DNA of 64,000 nucleotides from Candidatus Bathyarchaeota archaeon (GTDB taxonomy: Archaea > Thermoproteota > CALKCG01 > B24 > DRYS01). Below, piece by piece: positions 40,821 to 51,614 of this stretch. A model generated the notes under the pieces. The model did no database searches and had not been told where the DNA came from. It saw nothing but the letters and a program-made list of their open reading frames with translations. The translations under genes were made by a program, and so were the position numbers. Each line of letters opens with the position of its first letter. Within the stretch, counting starts at the first letter, position 1. The stretch lies in NCBI GenBank assembly GCA_018396535.1, contig JAGTQC010000003.1, positions 32,001 through 96,000 of the forward strand, given 5' to 3'.

Positions 40821-42722
40821 ATGAATAGCGGTAGCGTTAAAGATATACTTCTAATAGGTCTCGACGGTGCTATGTATCACTTCATAGAGGAGCTTGTAAA
40901 AGAGGATCTACTACCCAATATATGTAGGCTTATGGATGAAGGTGTGTATGGTGAAGCACTCCCCTGCCCCCCAACCGATACCCCTACCAACTGGACGACG
41001 ATAGCTACAGGCTCATCTACAGCTACGCATGGTGTTACAAGCTTCTACATACATATACCTGGCGAACCCTATGAATTAGGGCAGAGAAATAGGTCTAGGG
41101 GGCAGCTTAGAAGGTACTGTAAAGCTGAGTATATATGGGATATCGCAGATAGATATGGTATAAGATCGCTAGTTCTAAACTATCCAGCCGGATGGCCTGG
41201 AGGAATGAGGAACGGCTACGTATGCCTATATACCTGGCCTATGCCTGAATCCGTTCCTCGGATCCTAGCTGGAGCTAGGGATTATACTCTAGAGAAGGGT
41301 GTAGCTGTAGAACCGTTTAGAAAGGATATAGAATCAGCTTATAGATTTAGGCTTAAGGTTGAAGGAGGCTTTATAGATGAATCTGAAGCCTTCGATCTAT
41401 ACCTAACTAGATTGAAGGATAGCAGCGAATATAGGCTTGCTATACCTAGAGCTGAAGATTACGAGTTAATCAAACCTGGAAGATGGAGTGATTGGATAGA
41501 AGCAACGTTTAAGATAGTTGGTAGCAGGTCGGATGTTCAGATGTTTAGCGGGTTTATCAAAGGTATTTTTAAGCTTAAGTTTTTAGAAGCTTCTGAGAAC
41601 CGTTTGAAAATTCAAGTTAGCGAAATCTACTCTACCAGAGGCTGGATGGATCCTGGAGGCTTGGAGCGGGATACCATCGCATATACGCATTACCTAGCTG
41701 ATGAGGAGTCTATATTAGAGTATGGTAGAAGCAGGTTTATATACGATATTTCGGGTATGGAGGCTGAGTTTTTAGCTAGACAGAGGATCGAAGCTTACAG
41801 GCTTGCCAGAATTACGAAGTATCTCAGGGAGCGTATAGGTTGGCATCTATGCTTCCTCCACTACCATATCATGGATAGCGTGAATCATAGATTCCTAGGT
41901 TTGCTGGATCCGAAATTCCCATTCTATGATGAGGAGAAGGCTAGGTATGCGTGGAGATACTTCATAGAATCTTATAAGATCATCGATGAGTTTATAGGCC
42001 TACTATTAGAATCATGCGCTACACCAGATACGCTTATCATAGTTGTCTCAGATCATGCAGCAATACCTGCATGGAGGGTCGTCAACATAAGAAGGATCTT
42101 CATCAACGAAGGCTTACTATCCTATAAGGCTAGTCCAGACGGTTATCTCGTAGATTGGAGTAGAACAAAAGCCTTCCCATGGATTGAACCCCTCATGGTT
42201 TGGATAAACCTTGTAGGTAGAGATCCAAACGGTATAGTAGAAGCGAAGGATTATGAAGATCTAAGAGAGCAGGTCGTAGATATACTTCAAAACCTAAGGG
42301 ATCCTGATACAGGTAGGAAGATAACTGCCATGGTTTTGAGAAGAGAGGAATCTGTCAACATAGGGCTTGGAGATGAGAGGACAGGTGATATAGTCTACTT
42401 CCTAAAACCACCGTATACCATATGGCATGGCCCTACAGAAGATCTACTAACCTATAAAGCAACCGAGGATCATCTGAAAGATTGGCTTGTAAGAGATCAA
42501 TCTAGGATTACAGGTATACATGGATACTATCTACCAAACGAAAGGATGGATAGATTCTCAAACACCGCTATATTCATAATGAATGGGCCTCACGTAAAGA
42601 AAGGTGAAAAGCTAAAGAAGCCTATAAGATTAACAGATATAGCTCCGACAATATCATACCTACTCGGGATCCCAGTACCGAGAGACTGTGAGGGTAGAGT
42701 TATCTATGAAGCTCTAATCTAA
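40821..42722 (+). CDS. Alkaline phosphatase superfamily protein (nucleotide pyrophosphatase/phosphodiesterase-like)
   Basis: IGLDGA, PTDTPTNWTTIATG (Thr nucleophile), DSVNH, VSDH, GIHGY, DIAPTI. Confidence 0.88.
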   Translation: MNSGSVKDILLIGLDGAMYHFIEELVKEDLLPNICRLMDEGVYGEALPCPPTDTPTNWTTIATGSSTATHGVTSFYIHIPGEPYELGQRNRSRGQLRRYCKAEYIWDIADRYGIRSLVLNYPAGWPGGMRNGYVCLYTWPMPESVPRILAGARDYTLEKGVAVEPFRKDIESAYRFRLKVEGGFIDESEAFDLYLTRLKDSSEYRLAIPRAEDYELIKPGRWSDWIEATFKIVGSRSDVQMFSGFIKGIFKLKFLEASENRLKIQVSEIYSTRGWMDPGGLERDTIAYTHYLADEESILEYGRSRFIYDISGMEAEFLARQRIEAYRLARITKYLRERIGWHLCFLHYHIMDSVNHRFLGLLDPKFPFYDEEKARYAWRYFIESYKIIDEFIGLLLESCATPDTLIIVVSDHAAIPAWRVVNIRRIFINEGLLSYKASPDGYLVDWSRTKAFPWIEPLMVWINLVGRDPNGIVEAKDYEDLREQVVDILQNLRDPDTGRKITAMVLRREESVNIGLGDERTGDIVYFLKPPYTIWHGPTEDLLTYKATEDHLKDWLVRDQSRITGIHGYYLPNERMDRFSNTAIFIMNGPHVKKGEKLKKPIRLTDIAPTISYLLGIPVPRDCEGRVIYEALI

Positions 42723-42894
42723 CATGCTGCACAACTATCGTATGATAATAGAAGCCAAATCTATGATTAGGAGGATTATACAAGAAATATTAGCCTATGT
42801 CGGTTTCAATAAAACCAGTCGAGCATCTGAAACCCTTATATCTAATAATGTTAGTCTAATTATCGACATATCCATCATGTTAGTAAGCCGTGGT

Positions 42895-44880
42895 TTAACT
42901 TTCTGTTTCATGTTCGAGAGCTCCTATATCAGGTGCTTTTCCATAGTAGTTATCGTTGAAATTCGGTATGTATACTCCTGCATCTATGCACGGGCTATTT
43001 GAGGATAGTCTAAAATCCATTATATCAGGTGAGATGAAAAGGCTATCTGCAGAGATACCATTCTTTTCTAGGTTTAGTAAAGTTCTTAGTGTATATAGGG
43101 TTGTATATTCTTTTCCCTGTATAATCACGAACTTTGAATGAAGCCCGCTTATGTACATGTTATCATAATCGTAGCTACTCTCATCGTATACGGTATCTGC
43201 TAATATGTAATTGTCTGATGATAAATGTAGTATATTGTTACGTGTAATTAGACGTGAGAATTTAGCGCTTGTATCTCCTATACCTATAGGGGGTTGTCTC
43301 CATTCTGGTGAAGGCTGTGTTATCGATGAATAGAAGGTGTTATGGTATAGGTATTTCCATCCGCTGGATGCGTATCCGCTATTCAGTTTCACACCCATTA
43401 AACGGAAGTCTATACAGATGTTTCTGAAGACGTATATAGGTCCGTATGTTATCGGAGCTAGGGATATAGCACATAAGGAGTTTACTATGAAGTTATTCCA
43501 CATCCTAAAATTTATCCCAGATCCTTCCGGTTCTAATCCATCATCTCCTACGTTCGCTATATAGTTATCGTGTATATCTGTATCCCTTATTATCGTCGTA
43601 TTATAGAGATCTCCCCATGAGGATGCTGCTATACCGTTGAATAATCCCTCAATCCTGTTAAACCTTACGACATTCCCAGATCCTGCATGACTGAGAGATA
43701 CGCCAGAACCCTCTGCTTCTGTACCTTTAACCATATCCCATGGCCATTTGATTATACCTGTATCCCAGATAACATTATTCTGGATTATACAATCTGCTAC
43801 ACGTTGGGAGAGTAGGATACCGGTATTAACGTTATGTATATGGCATCCTTCGATTATACATCCTCTATAACCTCTCCTCACAGCTACCCCGCATGATGCA
43901 TAGGCTACTTCTATATCAGCTATCCTTACATAATTACCGGATATCCGTATCAGATAATCTACGAACGATACATGTAGCTCCACCCTAGATGGATGAGCAC
44001 CATCGAGTGTAGCTATGTATAATCGGCCTGTCGAAGAATCGTAGAACCAGCCACCCCTATATCCTACCCTCGCTGCTAGGAGATCTTCAAGAGATGTATA
44101 ATGGTAGAGCCTCTCTACTCCTTGAGCGATATAGGTTGGCTCTCTACGAACATCTAAGAAGTATACCCCTTCCCTATATTCTATCCACTCCACTCTGCCA
44201 TCCAGTATACTCCTATCCGAACCATATAGTGTAGCTATCTCGTCAGGGTATCCTTTAATCGTTATATATCTATCTGGGAGACCTGATATAGCTACATCTA
44301 CAGTTCCATTTACATAATATACTCCCCCCCTCAAGTATAGTGTATCGCCTGGCTGAAGCTCTGATACAGCTCTAGATATAGTTCTCCAAGGCTGCTCGAA
44401 GCTTCCAGGATTCCTATCATCACCATCCGGCGATACGTAGAACACCCTCCCTATGGCACCATATACATCACTAGGTTCAGATCTAGTTTTGAAGACTGTA
44501 TGTAATTCAGATCGATCCACACCATCTGGATCTTCGATAGTGATTATAATCTCGTACTCTGTACCAGGATTAAGGTACACTAGGCTTCCGGCTAGTTGCT
44601 TCAATTCTCTTAGAGGTGAAAGAGGATGCCCCTCCCTCCACACCCTATCTACCGTAGATCTAAACCTAACAGAGGCTTTATTATTAAAATTCTCATCGCC
44701 TTGATAAGTAACTATTATCCCGGCAGAGTTTATAGTTGGGTAGACAGCTACATCTAAGATTCTAGTAGCTTTCTCAGATCCTAAGACGAAGTAGAAGATA
44801 GAGATGGTAGCAGAAGATATTGAAATAGCTATGATTAAAAGAATAGCAATCAGCTTCCTTCTATTCATCAGAATCCCCAT
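42895..44880 (-). CDS. Membrane-anchored/secreted right-handed beta-helix protein (pectin lyase-like, DUF1565) with FN3-like domain
   Basis: N-terminal RRK plus hydrophobic helix; LNPGTEYEI; YVSPDGDD.NPGS..QPWRTI, PGDT..LRGGVY; C-terminal SPCIDAG..PDIGALE. Confidence 0.82.
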   Translation of the reverse strand: MGILMNRRKLIAILLIIAISISSATISIFYFVLGSEKATRILDVAVYPTINSAGIIVTYQGDENFNNKASVRFRSTVDRVWREGHPLSPLRELKQLAGSLVYLNPGTEYEIIITIEDPDGVDRSELHTVFKTRSEPSDVYGAIGRVFYVSPDGDDRNPGSFEQPWRTISRAVSELQPGDTLYLRGGVYYVNGTVDVAISGLPDRYITIKGYPDEIATLYGSDRSILDGRVEWIEYREGVYFLDVRREPTYIAQGVERLYHYTSLEDLLAARVGYRGGWFYDSSTGRLYIATLDGAHPSRVELHVSFVDYLIRISGNYVRIADIEVAYASCGVAVRRGYRGCIIEGCHIHNVNTGILLSQRVADCIIQNNVIWDTGIIKWPWDMVKGTEAEGSGVSLSHAGSGNVVRFNRIEGLFNGIAASSWGDLYNTTIIRDTDIHDNYIANVGDDGLEPEGSGINFRMWNNFIVNSLCAISLAPITYGPIYVFRNICIDFRLMGVKLNSGYASSGWKYLYHNTFYSSITQPSPEWRQPPIGIGDTSAKFSRLITRNNILHLSSDNYILADTVYDESSYDYDNMYISGLHSKFVIIQGKEYTTLYTLRTLLNLEKNGISADSLFISPDIMDFRLSSNSPCIDAGVYIPNFNDNYYGKAPDIGALEHETES

Positions 44881-44931
44881 TCTAGAAAATCTATCTTTAT
44901 CATAATAAGTTTTAGCCTATCGTTTAAGAAA

Positions 44932-45005
44932 GGCCGCCGCCGGGATTTGAACCCGGCCTCCAGGCTCCACAGGCCTGTGCGCTGCCAGGCTACGCTACGG
45001 CGGCC
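44932..45005 (-). tRNA. tRNA-His (GTG) with genomically encoded G-1
   Basis: Reverse complement G-GCCGCCG...CAGGC-CT-GTG-GA-GCCTG...GGTTCAAATCC...CGGCGGC-C73. Confidence 0.95.
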
Positions 45006-45089
45006 GTTATTCATCAGGGTTTAATGTATAATCCCCTCTATATAGGTTTGAATACTTAACTATAAGGGTTTAGGCTCTTCACGATATAG

Positions 45090-46706
45090 TTGTGGTTGGT
45101 GATAACCGTGGGGTTTAATAGGTGGGATGCTGAATCTTGGATCGACAGAGTTGAGCCTAGCTGGTTTACTCCTAGACTAGGTCGTAGAGTTTATAGGTTT
45201 ATAAAGCCTATTAGAGAGTTTAAGTTATGGTCTGGTAGTGGAGAGATATTCTGTTCTCGTATACCGCCAGATGCATCTATAGATTCTATCCCATCCTACA
45301 ATTATTCTACAGCATATCTTCTAACGTCTGGTATACTTTCGTCTATAAGATCCGTTAGTAAGGTTCTAGTAAAACCCAATAATACAGGCTTTATAGGAGC
45401 TTTTATAAGCGATCCCAGGCTTCGTAAGATTATGCGTATCCATGGTATCAGCTTGGATCCAGATCTACAGCCTATAGCCTCTCAACCCTCTATGATCGCA
45501 GGTATAGTAGATGCTCTCATAGATCATGGAGTAGATGTAATCGATATAGGTGAGAATATGCTTTGGCGTGGTGGCACTCCTAGAGCCTTCTGGGAGACTG
45601 GATACCTAAAGATATTCAGGGGTGAAAGGTATCGTGGTAGAGTATTCTTCGTAGATTTCTATGAAGGTGAATCTATAGAGTTAGAGACTATAAAGTTGGA
45701 TAGTGTTGACGGGTATGATCTAGGATTCTATACCGAAGCTAAGCCTCCTAGAGCGTTATTCGATGAAAACTATGATCTAGTAATAATAGCATCGTTAGCT
45801 AAAACCCATAATTGCTCATACTACTCGCTTATAGCTAAAAATTTTAGTGTAACATGGAATCCTAGAAGGATTAGATGGCGCATACACGGTATACCTTTAA
45901 GGATATTCAATGATAGAGGTTATATCGAAGATATACTCGGATTAGAAGCTGCGGAAGGTATAGAGTATAGGGTGTATACGATTTCATCAAACGATAAACG
46001 TTACGTGATAATATCTAATGGCTTACTCTCCTCATCCCCCCTATCAGTATACGAAGTTGGAGGAGAACTGCTAGCTCAAGTCGATCCGCACCATCTAGAA
46101 GGTCTCAGCCTCTCTACATTGATGATAGGTATAGGATACCTGATAGCGAGATTTTCGGTAATATACTCCGCGATCGTTAAAAAACTTAAAGCTAAAGGTG
46201 CTAAGATCGCTGGGTTGATATCGGGTATAGTCGGTCAAGAAGGTGAGGGTCCACTTATATACGGTTACAGGAGGTTCGGAGGGTTTGCTTTAGCTGGTTT
46301 CGATACACCAGCTCTAGAAAGCTTAGCTCTAGATATAATGTTCGGTTATAGCAATCTAAATTTCATAGATCAGATGCGTATATTGAATCGTAGATTAGCT
46401 AGAAGATATAGGGTAGAGAAAGCCATACCAGATATATCATACCCATGGACTATAGATCTACTAGCTAAACTTACAGGAGAACATCTAGATCCGAGAGATT
46501 TAACAGTTACATTGATAGATTTCGTAGGGAGGGAGATAAGAAACCCGTGGGATATAAGATCTGGAAGACCGTTCAAACCTTCTAAAGCATTATACATCCC
46601 TCAACTAGAGTGGATTAAGCTATTGTACACGGATAGACGTATCTTCAAAAGATCTATGGACTACGTAGATAAGGGTATAGAGATACCGTTAATACCACCA
46701 TCATGA
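45090..46706 (+). CDS. DUF362-like protein
   Basis: VLVKPN, IGEN, AKTH...KN and GQEGEGP motifs, with long insertions. Confidence 0.6.
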   Translation: MWLVITVGFNRWDAESWIDRVEPSWFTPRLGRRVYRFIKPIREFKLWSGSGEIFCSRIPPDASIDSIPSYNYSTAYLLTSGILSSIRSVSKVLVKPNNTGFIGAFISDPRLRKIMRIHGISLDPDLQPIASQPSMIAGIVDALIDHGVDVIDIGENMLWRGGTPRAFWETGYLKIFRGERYRGRVFFVDFYEGESIELETIKLDSVDGYDLGFYTEAKPPRALFDENYDLVIIASLAKTHNCSYYSLIAKNFSVTWNPRRIRWRIHGIPLRIFNDRGYIEDILGLEAAEGIEYRVYTISSNDKRYVIISNGLLSSSPLSVYEVGGELLAQVDPHHLEGLSLSTLMIGIGYLIARFSVIYSAIVKKLKAKGAKIAGLISGIVGQEGEGPLIYGYRRFGGFALAGFDTPALESLALDIMFGYSNLNFIDQMRILNRRLARRYRVEKAIPDISYPWTIDLLAKLTGEHLDPRDLTVTLIDFVGREIRNPWDIRSGRPFKPSKALYIPQLEWIKLLYTDRRIFKRSMDYVDKGIEIPLIPPS

Positions 46707-46713
46707 TATACTA

Positions 46714-47928
46714 ATGTTGTATCGTATACTAACCCTGGGGGTGGCTGCTATACCATCAGATACAAGTAGAATATATATCGTTAAACAAGCTATGGAAGAT
46801 TACGGTATAGATCTACTAGTATGTAGAAATCCTGAGAACGTACTTTTCCTCTCAGGTTACTGGCCTCTAACAGGCTGGTCGCTGATCCTAATACCGCTAG
46901 ATGGCGATCCAGTACTCATCATACCTAGATCTGAGATAGATTATGTCGAGGATTCTTGGGTTAAGAATGTATATACATATGAAGCTGAAAGATTAGAGTA
47001 TACATGGAATCCATACAGATTCATAATGGAGATACTCGAAGAAATAGGTTTACCTAGAGGTATTAGAGTTGGATGCGAACTCGGCATGGAAACTATAGCT
47101 ACAGGTACGATCGCAGGGGAGGCGAGCTATGCATGCACACCTACCTTCGACCTATTGAGAAAAGTATTTAAAGCTATACTAGTCGATGCTACACCTCTAC
47201 TTTCTAAGCTTAGGATGGTTAAATCCAATTTAGAAGTGGAGAAGGTTAGGTTAGCTTCAAAAATAGCATCTATAGCTATCGAAAAGCTAATAGAAGCGGT
47301 AAAAGAAGGTTTAAGAGAATCTGAGCTTGCAGCTTTAGCTGAATACATAGTTTATTCTGAAGGTATAGGATTCGAGGGTAGGGTTAAGAGAGCTAGAGGC
47401 TTCGCATTCATTATGTCTGGTATAAATACTTCTAGAGCATGGTATCCATTCAATATATCGACGAATCGTAGAATCTTGAGAGGTGATCCAATACTAATAG
47501 AGTTTAACGTATGCGTGGATGGATACTGGATAGATATAACTAGAACATGGATTCTAGGTAGGCCTACAGATGAACAAGAAGATATATTTAATACTCTAGT
47601 AGAAGCTCAGGAATCCGTATACAGATCTGAGAATCCAGGTCTTAGAGCCTGCGATGTAGATGATATAGCTAGAAGTATCGTAAGGGCTAGGGGTTACGAT
47701 CGATTCTTCCCACATAGGCTCGGTCATGGTGTTGGATTAAGGCTGCATGAGGAACCTATAATCCATCCATTATCGACTACGCTTATCGAGAAGAATATGA
47801 TTCATACTGTAGAACCTGGTATATACACAGATAGATATGGGTTGAGATTAGAAGATGTAGTTTTAATCTTAGAGAAAGGTGTAGAAAACCTTTTCCCAAG
47901 ATATAAATTCTTAAGTCTTAGTGAATAA
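46714..47928 (+). CDS. Xaa-Pro aminopeptidase (M24 family)
   Basis: DGYWIDITRT, HRLGHGVGLRLHEEP, VEPGIY, RLED. Confidence 0.92.
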   Translation: MLYRILTLGVAAIPSDTSRIYIVKQAMEDYGIDLLVCRNPENVLFLSGYWPLTGWSLILIPLDGDPVLIIPRSEIDYVEDSWVKNVYTYEAERLEYTWNPYRFIMEILEEIGLPRGIRVGCELGMETIATGTIAGEASYACTPTFDLLRKVFKAILVDATPLLSKLRMVKSNLEVEKVRLASKIASIAIEKLIEAVKEGLRESELAALAEYIVYSEGIGFEGRVKRARGFAFIMSGINTSRAWYPFNISTNRRILRGDPILIEFNVCVDGYWIDITRTWILGRPTDEQEDIFNTLVEAQESVYRSENPGLRACDVDDIARSIVRARGYDRFFPHRLGHGVGLRLHEEPIIHPLSTTLIEKNMIHTVEPGIYTDRYGLRLEDVVLILEKGVENLFPRYKFLSLSE

Positions 47929-48176
47929 CAGATAACTTCTCTCCCACATCCCCTCTTCTATCTTATAGTTTTCCTTATCACTTAGATCCATGTATATTTA
48001 GCTCATTTCGTCTAATCTTGACTTCGATTACTTCTAGATTTTCAAGTAGATGGATATATTAGTATAGCATTAAATGGATATGCTTATTTCAACCTATGTA
48101 TATTTAGCTTTTGCTGATACTATCTTCTGCAAAATATTTAAATATATGCTACCTACATCTATTTTTGTGAGAAGCT

Positions 48177-48539
48177 ATGAGTAGAGGTGTACGTAGAAAA
48201 ACTGTCCTTTCAGAAACTGCTGAGGTATTTTATAAGGGAAGATGGGTTAAAGCATCTGAGATAGTACCTGAAAGAGTACCTAAAACTAAGATAGAGGAAG
48301 CAAGAAGTGAGATTGTACGAAGAGTTATAAGCGAGATACAATCTTCAACTGAATCATCACTTACAAGACCAGAACTGATAAAGATATGTGAAGAAGTATC
48401 TAAAGAGAGAGGATTAAAGAGGAAAGTAAACTATCGATTCCTACTAGAAAGAGGAATCCTAGGTAGACTTAAAGGTACTAGAAGATACTTCCTAACAGAG
48501 AAAGCTAAGGAACTTTACCCAGAACTCTTCCCAAGCTAA
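48177..48539 (+). CDS. Small basic hypothetical protein, possible winged-helix DNA binder
   Basis: Lys/Arg-rich; LLERGIL...RRYFLTEKA wing-like motif; TTTAAATA upstream. Confidence 0.65.
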   Translation: MSRGVRRKTVLSETAEVFYKGRWVKASEIVPERVPKTKIEEARSEIVRRVISEIQSSTESSLTRPELIKICEEVSKERGLKRKVNYRFLLERGILGRLKGTRRYFLTEKAKELYPELFPS

Positions 48540-48665
48540 ACCATAGCGGAATAATAGCTTAGCATAAAGTATCCTCCTTCAACCTATTTTGAACACCATT
48601 CTACACCACATATTTATCCCAGCTACAACCTTTAATAGCGAAGTATATCTACTAGATGCTATCGT

Positions 48666-48743
48666 GGGCCGGTAGCTCAGCCTGGTATGAGCACCCGGTT
48701 CGCACCCGGGAGGTCGCGGGTTCAAATCCCGCCCGGTCCACCA
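48666..48743 (+). tRNA. tRNA-Ala (CGC), CCA encoded
   Basis: GGGCCGG/CCGGTCC acceptor with G3:U70; CCCGG-TT-CGC-AC-CCGGG; ends ACCA. Confidence 0.96.
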
Positions 48744-49062
48744 TCCTTTAAGTTTAGCTCTCTTAAATATGACATCTTCATCACCATGTTTTAGTAGTTG
48801 TTGATTTAGCAGGCTAAAATATTGTTATCGTTAAACGACGTTGATATTAGATATCTCAGTATAATAATGTTGCTAGAGGTTAGGGTTGCTTCCACCGTTT
48901 ATCTCTGTTCCTTCCATAAGCGTTTCAAAAACTTCTTCAAGATTCATGTAGCGGTAATACCGCCTCACCTATACCGAAATAATTCTCATAGTAAAAATGA
49001 ATCTCATCTCTTCTACCACAGGTCTCAACCGCTTATGGAACACTATCTCAGAGTTTAGGTAG

Positions 49063-49377
49063 CAGAAGAGTAGATCAGTCTTCTCGGTTATCGTCTTCGA
49101 TACACTAGAACATAACTGTAGTAAAGATAAGTTGCTAAAGGCTTTGGGCGAAGACTTAGCGAGGATAAGGAACTTTGAGGATGTAAGGCTTAATATTATT
49201 AGGCCTGAGTGCGCTATAGCTAACCACCTGAGCTCCATAGCCGATATGCAGGTAATCGTCAGGGAGATATGTGGTGCTACATTCCCTGTAGGGGTAAAGC
49301 CGAAAACACCGCTACTAAACATCGAGTTACATGAAGATGAGGTGGTATCGGAAATTAGGTTAACGCCAATACTATAG
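49063..49377 (+). pseudogene. Probable gene fragment, tentatively the C-terminus of a RAD55/GvpD-like ATPase
   Basis: Frame opens after TAG at 49060 with no credible start: ...IVFDTLEH...GEDLARIRN...GVKPKTPL; family recalled by eye. Confidence 0.3.
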
Positions 49378-49598
49378 CCATTCTTAGAGATGGTGTTACT
49401 CTGTAACTAGGAGCTAAAATACATTCATTAAAAGTTTAATCCCATCTTCTATACGTTTAATAGAGTGAAACTTAAATCTAAACTCTAACTTCTATTTCAA
49501 ATCTAAGTTGGTTGTTAAGATATTACTTATAATTTCAGACATTATAGATATTATTCCAGCAACTTCTTCATATTTTTGAATTATGTTATTATAATGTT

Positions 49599-51614
49599 TT
49601 AAACCTTCTTCCAAAGTACGATAGCGATCACTACTATAGCTATGAGGAATGCGGCTGCTAGAATCCATGAATTCTCATACCATGCTCTCTCAGGCTCCAT
49701 TATCGTGATTGATAACGGGGCTTCCTTCACAACTTCGCTATAGATTGCCTTAACGATCAGGATATGTGTTCCAGTAGGCGCATCTCTTGATGCTGTTATC
49801 GTTAGTATAGCGCTGAATGGCGGGTAATCAGGCTCCCCATAAAACCTATACGAAACCCCTCTTGGAATACCTGAAAGCGAAAGCCTAATCTCCCAGCGGG
49901 CTTCTCCAGCAGTACGCTCTACCTGAATACTTACGTTCACAGACTTCCCCTTGTACACGGATATGCTACTTGGGATCAAGTTTATATGATAATCGAATTT
50001 CTCGATGAACTCAGCAACTATATCTATTGAGCCTCCCAGCCAGATAATCGTCGGATTGCTATATCGATCATACGTTACGTCAGCCGTCGCAACCGCCTTC
50101 CACATTTTAAATTCATACTTCGGCTCAGGGATTGCTGTTACATTCAAGTATGTTTCAGCATCAAACCAGTATATCCCCGGAGGCGGGTTGGTTGTACCTT
50201 TACCAGTCTCAGCTCCTATCCCAACCCTATACTGAGTCCTATAGATAGCTTCGATAAAGCCCCCTTCAGGTGGAACCGTTATGTAGCCCAAAGGTTCGTT
50301 TGAAAGTCCTGTTACAGAGTCTAGCCTAAACCTTGTATCCTCAACTATTGATTCAGCTATCTCAGCCCATGCATATACGTGGGTCGAGCCAACCTCCCAA
50401 GTGAAGGTTACAGGTAGCTGATCGGCTCCATAGAACTGGTTATCCACAACTAGGATAGACCTAGCAGGTGAAGGGTTTGTAAGACCGCTTACTGCAAACG
50501 TAACGGTCGCCGTCTGCCGTCCACCGTTGGGGAGGGCTCCGCTTGGAGTGGGCTGCATATATGCTGCTATCGTCATGTTCGAAGTGACGACTATGCTTCT
50601 CGGGTTTGATGTTGAGTAATCGCTCCAACCGATGAAGATGTAGCTGATATCTGGACTCGGAGAGTAGGGCGAAGTAACTTCAACCGTATGGTTTCCTGGA
50701 GATACCTTTACACTAACCTTACCCTCCATATCTGTTGTATAATCGATACTGTCGACTCTAACAGTTACGCCATGAATCCCAGTATTAGCATAGTAAACAT
50801 AGATTGTTAATGTGAAAGCTTCTGAGGATGTTTGGGTGGTGTACACCGTATAGAGCGTATATAAGACATCTGTGATATAGTTTACAGCAAGGTTGAGCGA
50901 TTCAAGAACCCTCCCGACGAAGATAGGATTGCTCCAATCGTAATTCCTATCCATCCAGACGCATGTTAAACCTCTCCCAGATCTATCGAATGTTGTATCA
51001 TAAGCTAGTTCAATAGCTGCATCATATGCTGTGATGAATCTAAGCTCCCCGTCAAAGGATAGATATATACTCCACTCCGAATTGTAGCTTGAAGTTTTCT
51101 TACCTACGTAATCTTCGTAGTCGCTGTGGTGTACTTCAGCACCCCACTCTGTACTAGAGCCCATTACATGAGCGAAAACAGCCATATCCGCTATGTAATG
51201 GGTCATAGCTCCAGCATACTTTGCAGCTGAAGCAAAGTCTCCGAGAAGCATGAATGTCAATGCTTGATTAAACGTTGCGTTAGCCCTACGGGCGGCTACA
51301 TCGTCTATCAGAACTCTATCCATGCTGAAATATATATGGTGGAGGCCTGTATCACCTATACCATCCGGAGCCCGCCCATTATCAGGAAGCTCTGTTCCAT
51401 ATAGGTAGAGGTTCAGGTTTGTGATTATCCACTGCTTAGCATCGTTTGGAAGCCAGTCTAATGCATGTTCAGCAAGCCAGTCGTGTGTCCCATATTTCAG
51501 AGTGTTCGGGCTGGAGCTATATCCGCCATTACCCCATGCATAACACTCTACGATCAAATAAAACTGCATAAACAGGATTAAAAGCAAAGCAAGGGTACAG
51601 GTTTTTCTCTTCAC
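49599..51614 (-). CDS. Cell-surface protein: Zn-dependent phospholipase C/S1-P1 nuclease domain, beta-sandwich repeats, C-terminal TM anchor
   Basis: Signal peptide ending before W; THDW, ELPD, HHIY, HYIAD, HHSDYE Zn ligands; C-terminal hydrophobic helix plus KK. Confidence 0.8.
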   Translation of the reverse strand: MKRKTCTLALLLILFMQFYLIVECYAWGNGGYSSSPNTLKYGTHDWLAEHALDWLPNDAKQWIITNLNLYLYGTELPDNGRAPDGIGDTGLHHIYFSMDRVLIDDVAARRANATFNQALTFMLLGDFASAAKYAGAMTHYIADMAVFAHVMGSSTEWGAEVHHSDYEDYVGKKTSSYNSEWSIYLSFDGELRFITAYDAAIELAYDTTFDRSGRGLTCVWMDRNYDWSNPIFVGRVLESLNLAVNYITDVLYTLYTVYTTQTSSEAFTLTIYVYYANTGIHGVTVRVDSIDYTTDMEGKVSVKVSPGNHTVEVTSPYSPSPDISYIFIGWSDYSTSNPRSIVVTSNMTIAAYMQPTPSGALPNGGRQTATVTFAVSGLTNPSPARSILVVDNQFYGADQLPVTFTWEVGSTHVYAWAEIAESIVEDTRFRLDSVTGLSNEPLGYITVPPEGGFIEAIYRTQYRVGIGAETGKGTTNPPPGIYWFDAETYLNVTAIPEPKYEFKMWKAVATADVTYDRYSNPTIIWLGGSIDIVAEFIEKFDYHINLIPSSISVYKGKSVNVSIQVERTAGEARWEIRLSLSGIPRGVSYRFYGEPDYPPFSAILTITASRDAPTGTHILIVKAIYSEVVKEAPLSITIMEPERAWYENSWILAAAFLIAIVVIAIVLWKKV

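Noticed and set aside
42724-43002. 92-aa ORF
   Set aside because: Overlaps the 3' end of the beta-helix gene in antisense; no SD or motif
48822-49322. ORFs 48822-49058 (+) and 48969-49322 (-)
   Set aside because: Mutually overlapping with no recognisable motifs; more likely gene debris
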